IMG/VR virus record: IMGVR_UViG_3300023110_000034
Location: 2,303 to 66,302 of that record
Source of the DNA: a virus
Length of the DNA: 64,000 nucleotides
Reading direction: 5' to 3' (one strand)
Notes under the pieces: model-generated
What the model was told of the DNA's origin: nothing
Databases searched by the model: none
Seen by the model: the letters and a program-made list of their open reading frames with translations, nothing else
Position numbers and translations under genes: made by a program
Shown here: positions 48,494-57,847 of the stretch, piece by piece
Layout: every line of letters starts with the position of its first letter
Numbering within the stretch: position 1 is the first letter of the stretch

Positions 48494-51400
48494 ATGGAAG
48501 AATTATTTGAATTTGAAGGCCAAGAATACACGTTAGCTGAAGTTCAAAAAGCAGCTGAGGCTAAATCATTAAATATAGATGATTATATAAAAGAATATAA
48601 TATTTCTCGTAAGCCGGGAAAGACAACTCCCACAACACCGGGTGCGGTTGTGGAGGAAACTGCAGCACCCCAAATAAAAAATTTGGAATTCAAATCGGCA
48701 ACTTCTTTGCCGGAATATCCTGGAGCAAAGCTTGAATATATAAACCCATTAATTGATCCTGAAGTTGATAAATTTGAAATAATTAAAAATAGATATTTTA
48801 TTAATACAGCTGACCAATTAAAAGGAGCAGAAGCTTTAGAAAAAGAAAGAGCACAAAAGGAATATATAGAAAAATTACCTTTTCATTTTAAACAGTCAAG
48901 AGTTAAAAAAGAAGAAAGAGCTGCTTATGATAAATGGAAAGAAACAGGAGAGATTGATGAATCATTATTACCACAACAAGAAATAGCCACTATAAATCCT
49001 GAAACATTAAAACCATATACTGGTCTTGAAATAGTTGAAAATGTTATTGATAATTTCAAACCTTCAATGTTAATGCAATGGAAAGGTATAAAATTTGGAG
49101 CTATTGATTGGGCTAAAAATGTGTTTGGAAAAGATGTTGCTGATTTTTTATTTGCTTATGATCCGGAATTAGTAGATTCTAAAATAATAAAACAAGAAGA
49201 TAAATATTTTTATGAAAAACCCTCTGGTGAATTAGAACAAATTGGAGGAAGAGCAAATAAAAAACAAATTGAAGTATTAGAAGATTATATAAAATTACAA
49301 AATACTTTAGAATATGCAGGTAGTATTACTGAAGGATTTGCAAAAGGCGATGTAGCTACAACGGTTGGAGGTATGGCTAATGCCGTTAGTGGGGCTATAC
49401 AAACAATAGTTCCAGCACTGGTAACAAGGGGTGCATCACTTTATCCACAAGTTGCCGGTACTATGATTGCTGATTTTAATTTAGAAAAAGCAAATACATT
49501 ATATAAAAATGATCCAAATGCTATTGAAAAATTAATTAAAAATAATCAAACTGAATTTTCTATTCCTATGGCTGCAGCTGCTTTGTCAGCTTCTTTTGAA
49601 TATATTGGTTTTAAAGGTATTACAAAAGCATTACAAGCAAACAAAGGAGTGGCTGCAAATACTTTAAAATTATTATGGGCAACAGGAACAGAAGGAGCCA
49701 CCGGATGGGGGCAATTTTTAGTTGAAGACGTAAATCAATCATTAGCTAAAGGTAATTCTTTAGAAGATGCTTTAGCTTTGGCCGCAACAAAAGCTTTTTC
49801 ACAAGAAGCATTAGAATCAACTTTACAAGAAGCTTTTGGGGGATTTGGTATTACTATAGGAGGTAAGGCTTTAAAATCTTTATCAAATGTTAGAGCAGCT
49901 ACTTATCAAGATTATGAAAAAGATATTGATCAGCTTTATAAAATTAGATTAAAAATAAAAGAAACATCTGATGAAGATGTTTTAAATGCTTTAAATGAAA
50001 AAGCTAAGTCTATAGAAAAAAAAATAGAATCATCAATAATACAAGCAAACTCTATATTTAGTTTTGGCTCTGAAAAAGATTTAAATGAAATTAATTCATT
50101 ATCAGAATTAAGAGATAAACAGGTAAAAAGAGTTAATGAATTAAACAATAAAAGAAACAAAGGAGAAATTTCTGAAGAAGATTATTTACTTGTTTATGAA
50201 ACATATAAACAAACATTTATTGATGCTAAAAATAGAATTAATGGTGTTGTAGAAAAAATTTCTGAAAACGCAAATAAAACTGCTCAAGAGGTTGAAAAAA
50301 TATATCAACAAAAAGGCGTTGATGGGGAAGCTGATATATTAAATCTTTATAAGCCAATGGCAGAAAAAATGGCTAATAAATATAGAAATGTACCTGGTTT
50401 TGACAAACAATTACTTGCAGATGAAATATTAACCGGAAAGAGAGGTATATTCGATTTAATAAGGTCATATAAAGCTGAAGACAACCCAGGTGTTACACTT
50501 CCAATGTATGTAAATAAATTTGCCCAGCGTAGGGCAATTGAAGCAGCTCAACGTATATTAAAAACAGATTTTGAGTTAGATGTTACTGAAGCTAAAGGTG
50601 TTACAGATACTACTACAGCAGAAACTCAAGTTGAAGCAAAAGAACAAGCAAAACAAGAAATTAAAACTGAGCTTGCTAAAGACTTAAATTTATCAGAAGA
50701 TACACAAAATAAAATAGTATCTGCCGTAGAAAAAACTTTAGGAACTAAATTACCTCCAGTAACTGATAAAAAATTTAAACAAGCTTTAACTACTGGGTTT
50801 AGAAATGAATTAACAAATACCTTTAAGTCTATTTTTGGGCGTACTGCCGCATATGAACAATTTCTTAGAGATAATTTTGAAAAAATATATCCAGCAATTC
50901 CCCAAGAAACTATAAACCGTAATTTTAAAGAATTTAATGAACCAGTATTAGATCCTAAGACCGGTAAACAATTAAGAGAGCGTACAGCTGAAGGTAAAAA
51001 AGTATTTAAAAAACGGGATATAAGTAAAGCTGAATTTATAAAATATTTTTTAGATGCTCCTGGAAATGTTAAAGGTGCACGTAAAACTTCATTAGCAAAA
51101 GTATTAGCTGACGAGATAGGGCTAGACAATGTATTAACATCGTTGTCTAAACCTGAAGTTGTTGAAAAATTTAAAGCTATTCAAGAAATACAAGGGCAAG
51201 AAGTTCCAAGTAATTTTATTGAAATTATATCTGAAAAAATTGATAGAGCTATAAAAAACTTAGAAGCCTATCAAAAATCAAATGCTTTTAGAAGTTCTAC
51301 TGGTATTCCAGAAATAATAATTAATTCTACTATTGTATTTGCTAAAGCATTAAAAGCTGGTATTAATGCTGGAAAAACTTTTATTGACGCTTTAAATGAT

Positions 51401-54268
51401 GCAATTAAAAAGTTTAAAAAAAGTTTATCAAAAAAATACAATGAACAGGAACTTGATATTGCAGAAGAAGTAATCAGATCTGAAGTAACAGAAGAAAATA
51501 TTCCAGATTTTTTAAATTTAGCTGAAATTATTGAAAATAATATTGCTAAAAAAAGAGGAGAAGCTTATGAAAATGAAATTTTAAAAGCTTTAAAAAAATC
51601 AAATATTAAAAATTTAAAAGTTTTAACTAAAGAATCAATAGGTTCCGATAGAACAAAAGCTGATATATCTATAGAATATAATGGCAAAAAAGTAGATATA
51701 GAAGCTAAATTGAATGCTAATGCGCAATATGGCAGTATAAGTTTAAGAATAAACGATAATACTCTTAGTGTAAAAACATCATTTGAAAAAGAATTATTAT
51801 CATTAGCAAAAGAAAAAAACGAGGCTATTGAAGCTTATAAAAATAGGGCTTTAGAATTAGGGGCTACAATTACTGGCTCAAATTTAAAGGCGGATAAAAA
51901 AGTTCATGAACAACTTAAAAAAGAAGGTTTACAGGCAAAATTACAAGGTTCAATTAATGTTTCTGCAGATATAATTTCTGAATTTTATAATAATAAAGGA
52001 GTTTATTATATACAAATTGGTGAAGCTGGATTATTTCATTTAGGAAAGGATATATTAAACTTAGGAACAACTAAATTTGAGGGAAATGCTGAAGTAGCAT
52101 TAAGAATAAGAAGAAGTGGTACTGGTTTAAATACATTAACTTTTATTCCAAAATTAACTAAATGGAATCAAATTTCTAATAGAACTATAGACACTGAATC
52201 AGGAATACAAGAAGTTTTTAAAGAAAAAGTTTCTTCAAATTCATTAGATAAAGACTTTAATAAAATATTAGAGCAATCTAAAGGTATTAAATTTACAAAA
52301 GAATTTTCGCCTGTTGAAGCTAGAATTTTAGGTAAAGGCAAAGGACGTAATAAATTTTTTATTCCCTACTCTGCTGATGATTTTGTTGGTTTGCTATACG
52401 CAACTTTAGCTAAAGGTAAAATTGGTGACCAACAAATGGAATGGTATCAAGAAAATTTACTTAGACCATTTTCTCGCGGTATACAACAATACGAAGCGGC
52501 AAAGCAAAAAGCTCTTCGTGACTGGCAGATTCTTAAAAAAGAAGCAAAGAAAAATGTGCCTGGTGGATTAACAAAAAAGAATACAACAGGATTAACAAAC
52601 CAAGATGCTGTTCGTATTTATATTTGGAATCAACAAGGTATGGAAATACCTGATTCAGAAGGAAGTAAAGCGCTTATTAATGAAAATATAAAAATTGTAA
52701 GAAAAAACAAAGAGCTTAAAGCATTTGCTGAAAGGCTAATAGCTTTACAACCAGAAGGTTATCCAGAGCCATCTAAAAACTGGGATTCAGGCGACATTAC
52801 TACAGACATTGTATCATATATAAACGGCGTTAAAAGAAGTGAATTTTTAACGGGATGGAAAGACAATGTTGATATTATATTTTCTGATAGAAATAAAGAA
52901 AAGCTGAGAGCCTTGTACGGAGACAGATATGTTGAAGCTTTAGACGATATTCTTCAGCGTATGCGTACTGGTACAAATAGAAAATTTGGCACAAGCAGAA
53001 TTGAACAACAATTTATGGATTGGACTAATAATTCTGTGGGTGCTATTATGTTCTTTAATGCAAGATCTGCTGTGCTACAAACATTATCTGCCGTTAACTT
53101 TATAAACTTTACGGACAATAATCCACTTAACGCAGCATTAGCATTAGGTAACCAACCACAATATTGGAAAGATTTTGCTACATTATTTAATTCAGATTTT
53201 CTTAAACAAAGAAGATCTGGTTTACAGACCGATGTAAATGCTGATGAAATTGCAAGAGCGGCTAAAGGTGCTGAAAATACAGCAAGAGCGGCACTAAGTG
53301 CAATACTTAAATTTGGATTTACACCAACGCAAATAGCAGATAGTTTTGCAATTGCTTCTGGTGGTGCTACATTTTATAGAAATAGAATTAATAAATACAA
53401 GAAAGAAGGGTTATCACAGCAAGAAGCTGAACAGAAAGCATTTACTGATTTTCAAGAGATTGCGGAAGAAACACAACAGTCTGCAAGACCCGATAGAATA
53501 TCATCACAGCAAGCAAGCTCATTAGGGCGCCTTATATTAGCTTTTGGCAATACTCCTATGCAATATGCTCGTTTAACTAAAAAAGCTGGATTAGATTTAA
53601 TTAATGGGCGTGGTGATTGGAAGACAAATATAAGTAAGATTATGTATTATAGCGTAATACAGAATATTATATTCTCTGCATTACAACAAGGATTGTTTGC
53701 CTTATTATTTGACGATGAAGATGATGATAAAGAAAAATCAAGATTATTTAGAATAGGTAATAGTAGTATTGACACATTGTTACGTGGTGCTGGTGTTTAT
53801 GGTGCTGCGGCTGCTACTGTTAAAAACATGATCCTTGAAATAATAGACCAGCAAAAAAGCGGTAGACCTGATTATACTGAAGTTGTAATTTCAGCTACTG
53901 CAATATCACCTCCAATTAACTCTAAATTAAGAAAATTAAATTCAGCTGGTAAAACATTTACATATAAGCAATCTAAAGAAAAAGTATTTACTGAAGGCTT
54001 TAGTTTAGAAAATCCTGCATTTTTAGCTGGCGGCCAAATAATTTCTGCAGCAACAAACTTACCTGCTGATAGAGTTGTTTTAAAAGCTGATCATATTAAA
54101 ACTGCTATGCAACCTGAAACAGAATTGTGGCAAGCAATAGCATTATCGCTTGGTTGGAGCGAATGGGATTTAAATATGATTGAAAAGCAAACTAAAAAAG
54201 AAAGTAATTTAAAGATAAAACCTTTTAAAAATAAAGGATTTAAAACTAAAAAATTTAAAACAGAATGA
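48494..54268 (+). CDS. Giant internal virion (polyvalent) protein with sigma-like and PD-(D/E)XK-like modules
   Basis: 1924 aa, last of a three-gene ejection-type cluster; internal motifs detailed under findings. Confidence 0.7.
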   Translation: MEELFEFEGQEYTLAEVQKAAEAKSLNIDDYIKEYNISRKPGKTTPTTPGAVVEETAAPQIKNLEFKSATSLPEYPGAKLEYINPLIDPEVDKFEIIKNRYFINTADQLKGAEALEKERAQKEYIEKLPFHFKQSRVKKEERAAYDKWKETGEIDESLLPQQEIATINPETLKPYTGLEIVENVIDNFKPSMLMQWKGIKFGAIDWAKNVFGKDVADFLFAYDPELVDSKIIKQEDKYFYEKPSGELEQIGGRANKKQIEVLEDYIKLQNTLEYAGSITEGFAKGDVATTVGGMANAVSGAIQTIVPALVTRGASLYPQVAGTMIADFNLEKANTLYKNDPNAIEKLIKNNQTEFSIPMAAAALSASFEYIGFKGITKALQANKGVAANTLKLLWATGTEGATGWGQFLVEDVNQSLAKGNSLEDALALAATKAFSQEALESTLQEAFGGFGITIGGKALKSLSNVRAATYQDYEKDIDQLYKIRLKIKETSDEDVLNALNEKAKSIEKKIESSIIQANSIFSFGSEKDLNEINSLSELRDKQVKRVNELNNKRNKGEISEEDYLLVYETYKQTFIDAKNRINGVVEKISENANKTAQEVEKIYQQKGVDGEADILNLYKPMAEKMANKYRNVPGFDKQLLADEILTGKRGIFDLIRSYKAEDNPGVTLPMYVNKFAQRRAIEAAQRILKTDFELDVTEAKGVTDTTTAETQVEAKEQAKQEIKTELAKDLNLSEDTQNKIVSAVEKTLGTKLPPVTDKKFKQALTTGFRNELTNTFKSIFGRTAAYEQFLRDNFEKIYPAIPQETINRNFKEFNEPVLDPKTGKQLRERTAEGKKVFKKRDISKAEFIKYFLDAPGNVKGARKTSLAKVLADEIGLDNVLTSLSKPEVVEKFKAIQEIQGQEVPSNFIEIISEKIDRAIKNLEAYQKSNAFRSSTGIPEIIINSTIVFAKALKAGINAGKTFIDALNDAIKKFKKSLSKKYNEQELDIAEEVIRSEVTEENIPDFLNLAEIIENNIAKKRGEAYENEILKALKKSNIKNLKVLTKESIGSDRTKADISIEYNGKKVDIEAKLNANAQYGSISLRINDNTLSVKTSFEKELLSLAKEKNEAIEAYKNRALELGATITGSNLKADKKVHEQLKKEGLQAKLQGSINVSADIISEFYNNKGVYYIQIGEAGLFHLGKDILNLGTTKFEGNAEVALRIRRSGTGLNTLTFIPKLTKWNQISNRTIDTESGIQEVFKEKVSSNSLDKDFNKILEQSKGIKFTKEFSPVEARILGKGKGRNKFFIPYSADDFVGLLYATLAKGKIGDQQMEWYQENLLRPFSRGIQQYEAAKQKALRDWQILKKEAKKNVPGGLTKKNTTGLTNQDAVRIYIWNQQGMEIPDSEGSKALINENIKIVRKNKELKAFAERLIALQPEGYPEPSKNWDSGDITTDIVSYINGVKRSEFLTGWKDNVDIIFSDRNKEKLRALYGDRYVEALDDILQRMRTGTNRKFGTSRIEQQFMDWTNNSVGAIMFFNARSAVLQTLSAVNFINFTDNNPLNAALALGNQPQYWKDFATLFNSDFLKQRRSGLQTDVNADEIARAAKGAENTARAALSAILKFGFTPTQIADSFAIASGGATFYRNRINKYKKEGLSQQEAEQKAFTDFQEIAEETQQSARPDRISSQQASSLGRLILAFGNTPMQYARLTKKAGLDLINGRGDWKTNISKIMYYSVIQNIIFSALQQGLFALLFDDEDDDKEKSRLFRIGNSSIDTLLRGAGVYGAAAATVKNMILEIIDQQKSGRPDYTEVVISATAISPPINSKLRKLNSAGKTFTYKQSKEKVFTEGFSLENPAFLAGGQIISAATNLPADRVVLKADHIKTAMQPETELWQAIALSLGWSEWDLNMIEKQTKKESNLKIKPFKNKGFKTKKFKTE

Positions 54269-54420
54269 AATATAACCCAATAACAGCAAAAACATCTACA
54301 CCTTTAGCATTAAAGGATGCATGTTATCGTAAAGCAAAAGCAAAGTATAGAGTATTTCCATCTGCTTATGCGTCGGGTTATATTGCTAAATGCCGTAAGA
54401 AAGGCGGAAAATTAGGATAA
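54265..54420 (+). CDS. 51-aa basic protein
   Basis: Manual ORF MKYNPITAKTSTPLALKDACYRKAKAKYRVFPSAYASGYIAKCRKKGGKLG; overlaps both neighbours. Confidence 0.7.
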   Translation: MKYNPITAKTSTPLALKDACYRKAKAKYRVFPSAYASGYIAKCRKKGGKLG

Positions 54421-54707
54421 TGGCTGTACGTAAAACTAAAAAAGGAGCATCGCTTAGACGTTGGTTTAAAGAGGAATGGACTGATGTTAAAACTGGTAAG
54501 CCGTGTGGTCGAAGTGAAGGAGAAAGCAGAGGTACACCTTACTGCCGTCCTAAAAAAAGAATATCAAGTGATACACCAAAAACAGCAAGCGAAATGTCAG
54601 TTGCTGAAAAAAGAAAAAAAATTAACGAAAAAAATAGATTAGGGCAACCGCCGGGTAAACCAAAAAGAGTAAGTCCTGTAACAATGAAAAGTTCTTGTAA
54701 ATATTAA
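54420..54707 (+). CDS. Basic phage protein (LRRWFKEEW...PCGR...CRP family)
   Basis: 95 aa, K/R-rich. Confidence 0.7.
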   Translation: MAVRKTKKGASLRRWFKEEWTDVKTGKPCGRSEGESRGTPYCRPKKRISSDTPKTASEMSVAEKRKKINEKNRLGQPPGKPKRVSPVTMKSSCKY

Positions 54708-54708
54708 A

Positions 54709-54876
54709 ATGGAAGATTTGAAAATATATGGCATAAGCATCTCGGCATTAACCGGAGTATCTATAGGTGAAATCAATCCAATATTATCTACTTTAGTTTT
54801 AACAGCAACACTTGTATATACTGTTATACAAATAATAGAAAAACTAAAAAATAAAAATAATGGAAAATCCGTTTAA
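54709..54876 (+). CDS. Small holin-like membrane protein (55 aa)
   Basis: Manual ORF MEDLKIYGISISALTGVSIGEINPILSTLVLTATLVYTVIQII with a basic tail. Confidence 0.6.
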   Translation: MEDLKIYGISISALTGVSIGEINPILSTLVLTATLVYTVIQIIEKLKNKNNGKSV

Positions 54877-55225
54877 AAATAAAGAATTACGTGGTTATAT
54901 AGGAGCAGCAACAGTATTTATCCTAGTTATGGGATTATTATTGTTTTTAGCTTTTTATGAAATACCCGAAACAAATAATGATATATTTAAAGTAATTGTA
55001 GGTATGCTTGTTGGATCTTTATCTGTAGTTATATATACATTCATAGGTAAGAATCCTGAAGAACTTGAGTCTCTTAAGGGTAAAAATGAATCTTTAGAAA
55101 CACAAGTAGCACAAATAGTAGATGAAAAAGATAAACTTGAAAAAATGTTAAGAGATTATCAATCCGAAGTTATTGATAAATTAGCATTATCAGGTGATAA
55201 CTTTGAATATAAAACTAAAAAGTAA
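54860..55225 (+). CDS. Two-TM plus coiled-coil membrane protein
   Basis: Two hydrophobic helices then a coiled coil. Confidence 0.65.
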   Translation: MENPFKNKELRGYIGAATVFILVMGLLLFLAFYEIPETNNDIFKVIVGMLVGSLSVVIYTFIGKNPEELESLKGKNESLETQVAQIVDEKDKLEKMLRDYQSEVIDKLALSGDNFEYKTKK

Positions 55226-55518
55226 TGGCAAGGGTTGATCTTAATGGCGATGGAAAAGCGGATATTAGTATTAGCTTGCCACAAATTATTACCGTATTAG
55301 CAATGTTTGCTTCTATAGTCGGGTCATATTATACTCTTAATGCAAGAGTAGAAGCAGTTGAATTGTCTGCTAAAAAATTAAAAGAAAACGAACAAAAGTA
55401 TACTTGGCCTAATCAAAGAAAAACAGAAGAAGAAGTAAAAGCCCTTGGAGCTGAAATGAGGGCATTTATGAAAGATATAGAATATCTTAGAAGAGATATT
55501 GATAGTAAAAAAAGATAA
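55225..55518 (+). CDS. Single-TM plus coiled-coil protein
   Basis: DLNGDGKAD start, TM helix, coiled coil. Confidence 0.65.
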   Translation: MARVDLNGDGKADISISLPQIITVLAMFASIVGSYYTLNARVEAVELSAKKLKENEQKYTWPNQRKTEEEVKALGAEMRAFMKDIEYLRRDIDSKKR

Positions 55519-55551
55519 TAAAAAAGGGGCCGCAAAGCCCCTTAATTTTTT
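55519..55551. terminator. Bidirectional terminator at the late/replication convergence
   Basis: A run, AAGGGGC-CGCAAA-GCCCCTT stem, T run. Confidence 0.85.
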
Positions 55552-57304
55552 ATCCATCACAACTTAAGCAGTCAGGATCCATTGCGCTGGCAGCAATATC
55601 ACCTCTTAATACTGACTCGGTCCTCATATAATATAAAGTCTTTATACCACGTTTCCATGCTTCTAAATGAACTTGATTAATCCATTTAGGTTCTGCAACA
55701 GATGGGAATGCTAAGTTTAATGATACTGATTGATCTATATAATCTTGACGTATACCTGCTTGATTAACTAATTCTAGTTGGTTTATTTCCTTAAATGTTT
55801 TAAATACATTCTTTACAGATTCCCCTTCCTCTTGATTCAATCTTCCTCCGTGATCGTAAAACCATCCATCGAGTTTTTTAATTCCCTGAACGGATCCACC
55901 GTCTTTAAGAATTTTATCCCAAGTTTCTTTAGTATCAATTCCAACTTTTCTAAGTACTTTTTTAAGCTCATTGTTTTTTCTTATAAATGTTCCCTTAGCA
56001 CTTTGTTCCGTAAATACATTGGCAGCCCAAGGCTCAATTCCAGGAGATACGTTACCGCTAAGCTTACTATTAGAGACTGTAGGGGCCACAGACCGAAGAT
56101 GAGTGTTACGCATACCAGTACCAACACACCAGAGTGGCTCCCCATATACCTCTGCAAGCTTTCTCGATGCTCTTTCAGACTCAATTTTAATTTTACTAAA
56201 AATTTCACGTGTTTTAAATTGTGCTAATAATCCTTCAAATGCAATACCATTTTGCTGTAATAATGTATGCCATCCTAATACGCCTAATCCTAAAGCTCTG
56301 CCTTTTTCAGCTGATCTTACAGAATTATCAAAGCCTTTCATCCCCTTAGCTTTCTGAATAAACTCTTCAAGTACACCATCTAAAAACCATATAGAATCAT
56401 ATACAAGATCTGTATTCTTCCATTCATCATACTTAGCTAAGTTTAGAGATGATAAACAACATACAAAACTATGTGACTCATCTGTATGCAATGTAATCTC
56501 ACTACATATATTTGTCATATGGACTTTGAGCCCATTTGATTTATACGCAGTTGGATTTGCCTTGTTTGTATTTCCCTTAAAGAGGATATAAGGCTCTCCA
56601 GTTGCTTTACGCTTTTGTAATAGTTTTCCCCATTTTTGTCGAGCTTCTTTATCTCCTTGTTCAAGTCTTCGCATAAACTTGTCACCGACCACAGCACACT
56701 GGTGTAGGTTAAGGGATTGTCTATTAACATCTCCTTTTGGTTCGCGGATCTCCAACCACTCTTCAAAGTCGGGGTGATCAATATTGATATTAACTGACGC
56801 AGCTCCTCTGCGGACAGCTCCTTGATTAGTGGCAAGTATAGTTGAATCGTAGATTTTGCAAAACGGGACCACTCCATCAGATGTTCCATTACCTGTAATT
56901 TTAGAACCAGCGGGTCTGATCATATTAACTCCTATACCAACACCGCCGCCATGCTTAGCTAAGAGCATCATTTCTAAATTCTTATTACCTATTTCGTAAA
57001 TACTATCACCAACATCAATACCAAAGCATGAGATAGGTAAACCTCTGTCTGTACCTGTATTAGAAAGCACAGGTGAGGCCAAACACAACCAACCATCCCA
57101 TATATATTGAAAAAACTTTTCGGCTAGTTCTGGCTTATATAAACGCCTTGCAACAGTGTTAGCCACACGTTTATAAGCATCCTTAGGTGTTTCACCTATC
57201 ATTAGATAGCCTCCACCTATAGTTTTCTTGTATACATCAGTATCACCCCATACTGGATAGTCCTCACCTTTTACCCAATCGTTATTCCACTGCTGTACCT
57301 TCAT
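55550..57304 (-). CDS. nrdA: Class I ribonucleotide reductase alpha (no ATP cone)
   Basis: RGLPISCF, TNICSEI, CCLSSLN, APT, TLYY and C-terminal CLSC. Confidence 0.95.
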   Translation of the reverse strand: MKVQQWNNDWVKGEDYPVWGDTDVYKKTIGGGYLMIGETPKDAYKRVANTVARRLYKPELAEKFFQYIWDGWLCLASPVLSNTGTDRGLPISCFGIDVGDSIYEIGNKNLEMMLLAKHGGGVGIGVNMIRPAGSKITGNGTSDGVVPFCKIYDSTILATNQGAVRRGAASVNINIDHPDFEEWLEIREPKGDVNRQSLNLHQCAVVGDKFMRRLEQGDKEARQKWGKLLQKRKATGEPYILFKGNTNKANPTAYKSNGLKVHMTNICSEITLHTDESHSFVCCLSSLNLAKYDEWKNTDLVYDSIWFLDGVLEEFIQKAKGMKGFDNSVRSAEKGRALGLGVLGWHTLLQQNGIAFEGLLAQFKTREIFSKIKIESERASRKLAEVYGEPLWCVGTGMRNTHLRSVAPTVSNSKLSGNVSPGIEPWAANVFTEQSAKGTFIRKNNELKKVLRKVGIDTKETWDKILKDGGSVQGIKKLDGWFYDHGGRLNQEEGESVKNVFKTFKEINQLELVNQAGIRQDYIDQSVSLNLAFPSVAEPKWINQVHLEAWKRGIKTLYYMRTESVLRGDIAASAMDPDCLSCDG

Positions 57305-57491
57305 TTTTATTTTCTTTTAAATCTTTTGCTAATTTTTCTATTGCTTTTTCGTAATCAGGAAATTTCTTTAAAAGGCTCATCGTCCCAATAGATAAATCTC
57401 TGAGATTCGTCATTTCTTGACTCATTTGTTGTACTAGTGAACCCAGAGTCTCTATTCTGTTCCACATTTCTATTAGTTTGCTTTCTTTCAT
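57282..57491 (-). CDS. Hypothetical protein
   Basis: 69-aa helical ORF between the RNR genes. Confidence 0.6.
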   Translation of the reverse strand: MKESKLIEMWNRIETLGSLVQQMSQEMTNLRDLSIGTMSLLKKFPDYEKAIEKLAKDLKENKNEGTAVE

Positions 57492-57847
57492 TATGCATTA
57501 TATAAATAAATTAAATACCCAATTGTTACGTTTAAATTAACCGCTACTAAATTCCATTGCTTAGCTACAAATACTTGCATTATAGATAATATACCACCTA
57601 TAACATAAGTTACTGCGCCTAGATTACTATAATTTAATATATGAGGTGACATCATTATAAATGCGGTACCCATATATCCTAATCTATTTGCTAATCTTTC
57701 AACAGCAGTTAACTTTCTATCTTGTACTAATACCCTTAAAAATCTTTGTTTAAAACGGTATTCACATTTTTTGCATGTACGTTTTCCATATCTAAACTTA
57801 TTAGTTGATTTTTCTTTATGGCATTTATTACATTTTCTCATTACCAA
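57491..57847 (-). CDS. Zn-finger plus multi-TM membrane protein
   Basis: CxxC-x15-CxxC followed by about three hydrophobic helices. Confidence 0.6.
   Translation of the reverse strand: MVMRKCNKCHKEKSTNKFRYGKRTCKKCEYRFKQRFLRVLVQDRKLTAVERLANRLGYMGTAFIMMSPHILNYSNLGAVTYVIGGILSIMQVFVAKQWNLVAVNLNVTIGYLIYLYNA

Noticed and set aside
48494-54268. Virion RNA polymerase (N4 or crAss type)
   Set aside because: No DxDxD or T7-type polymerase motifs recognised; only sigma-like and nuclease-like segments.
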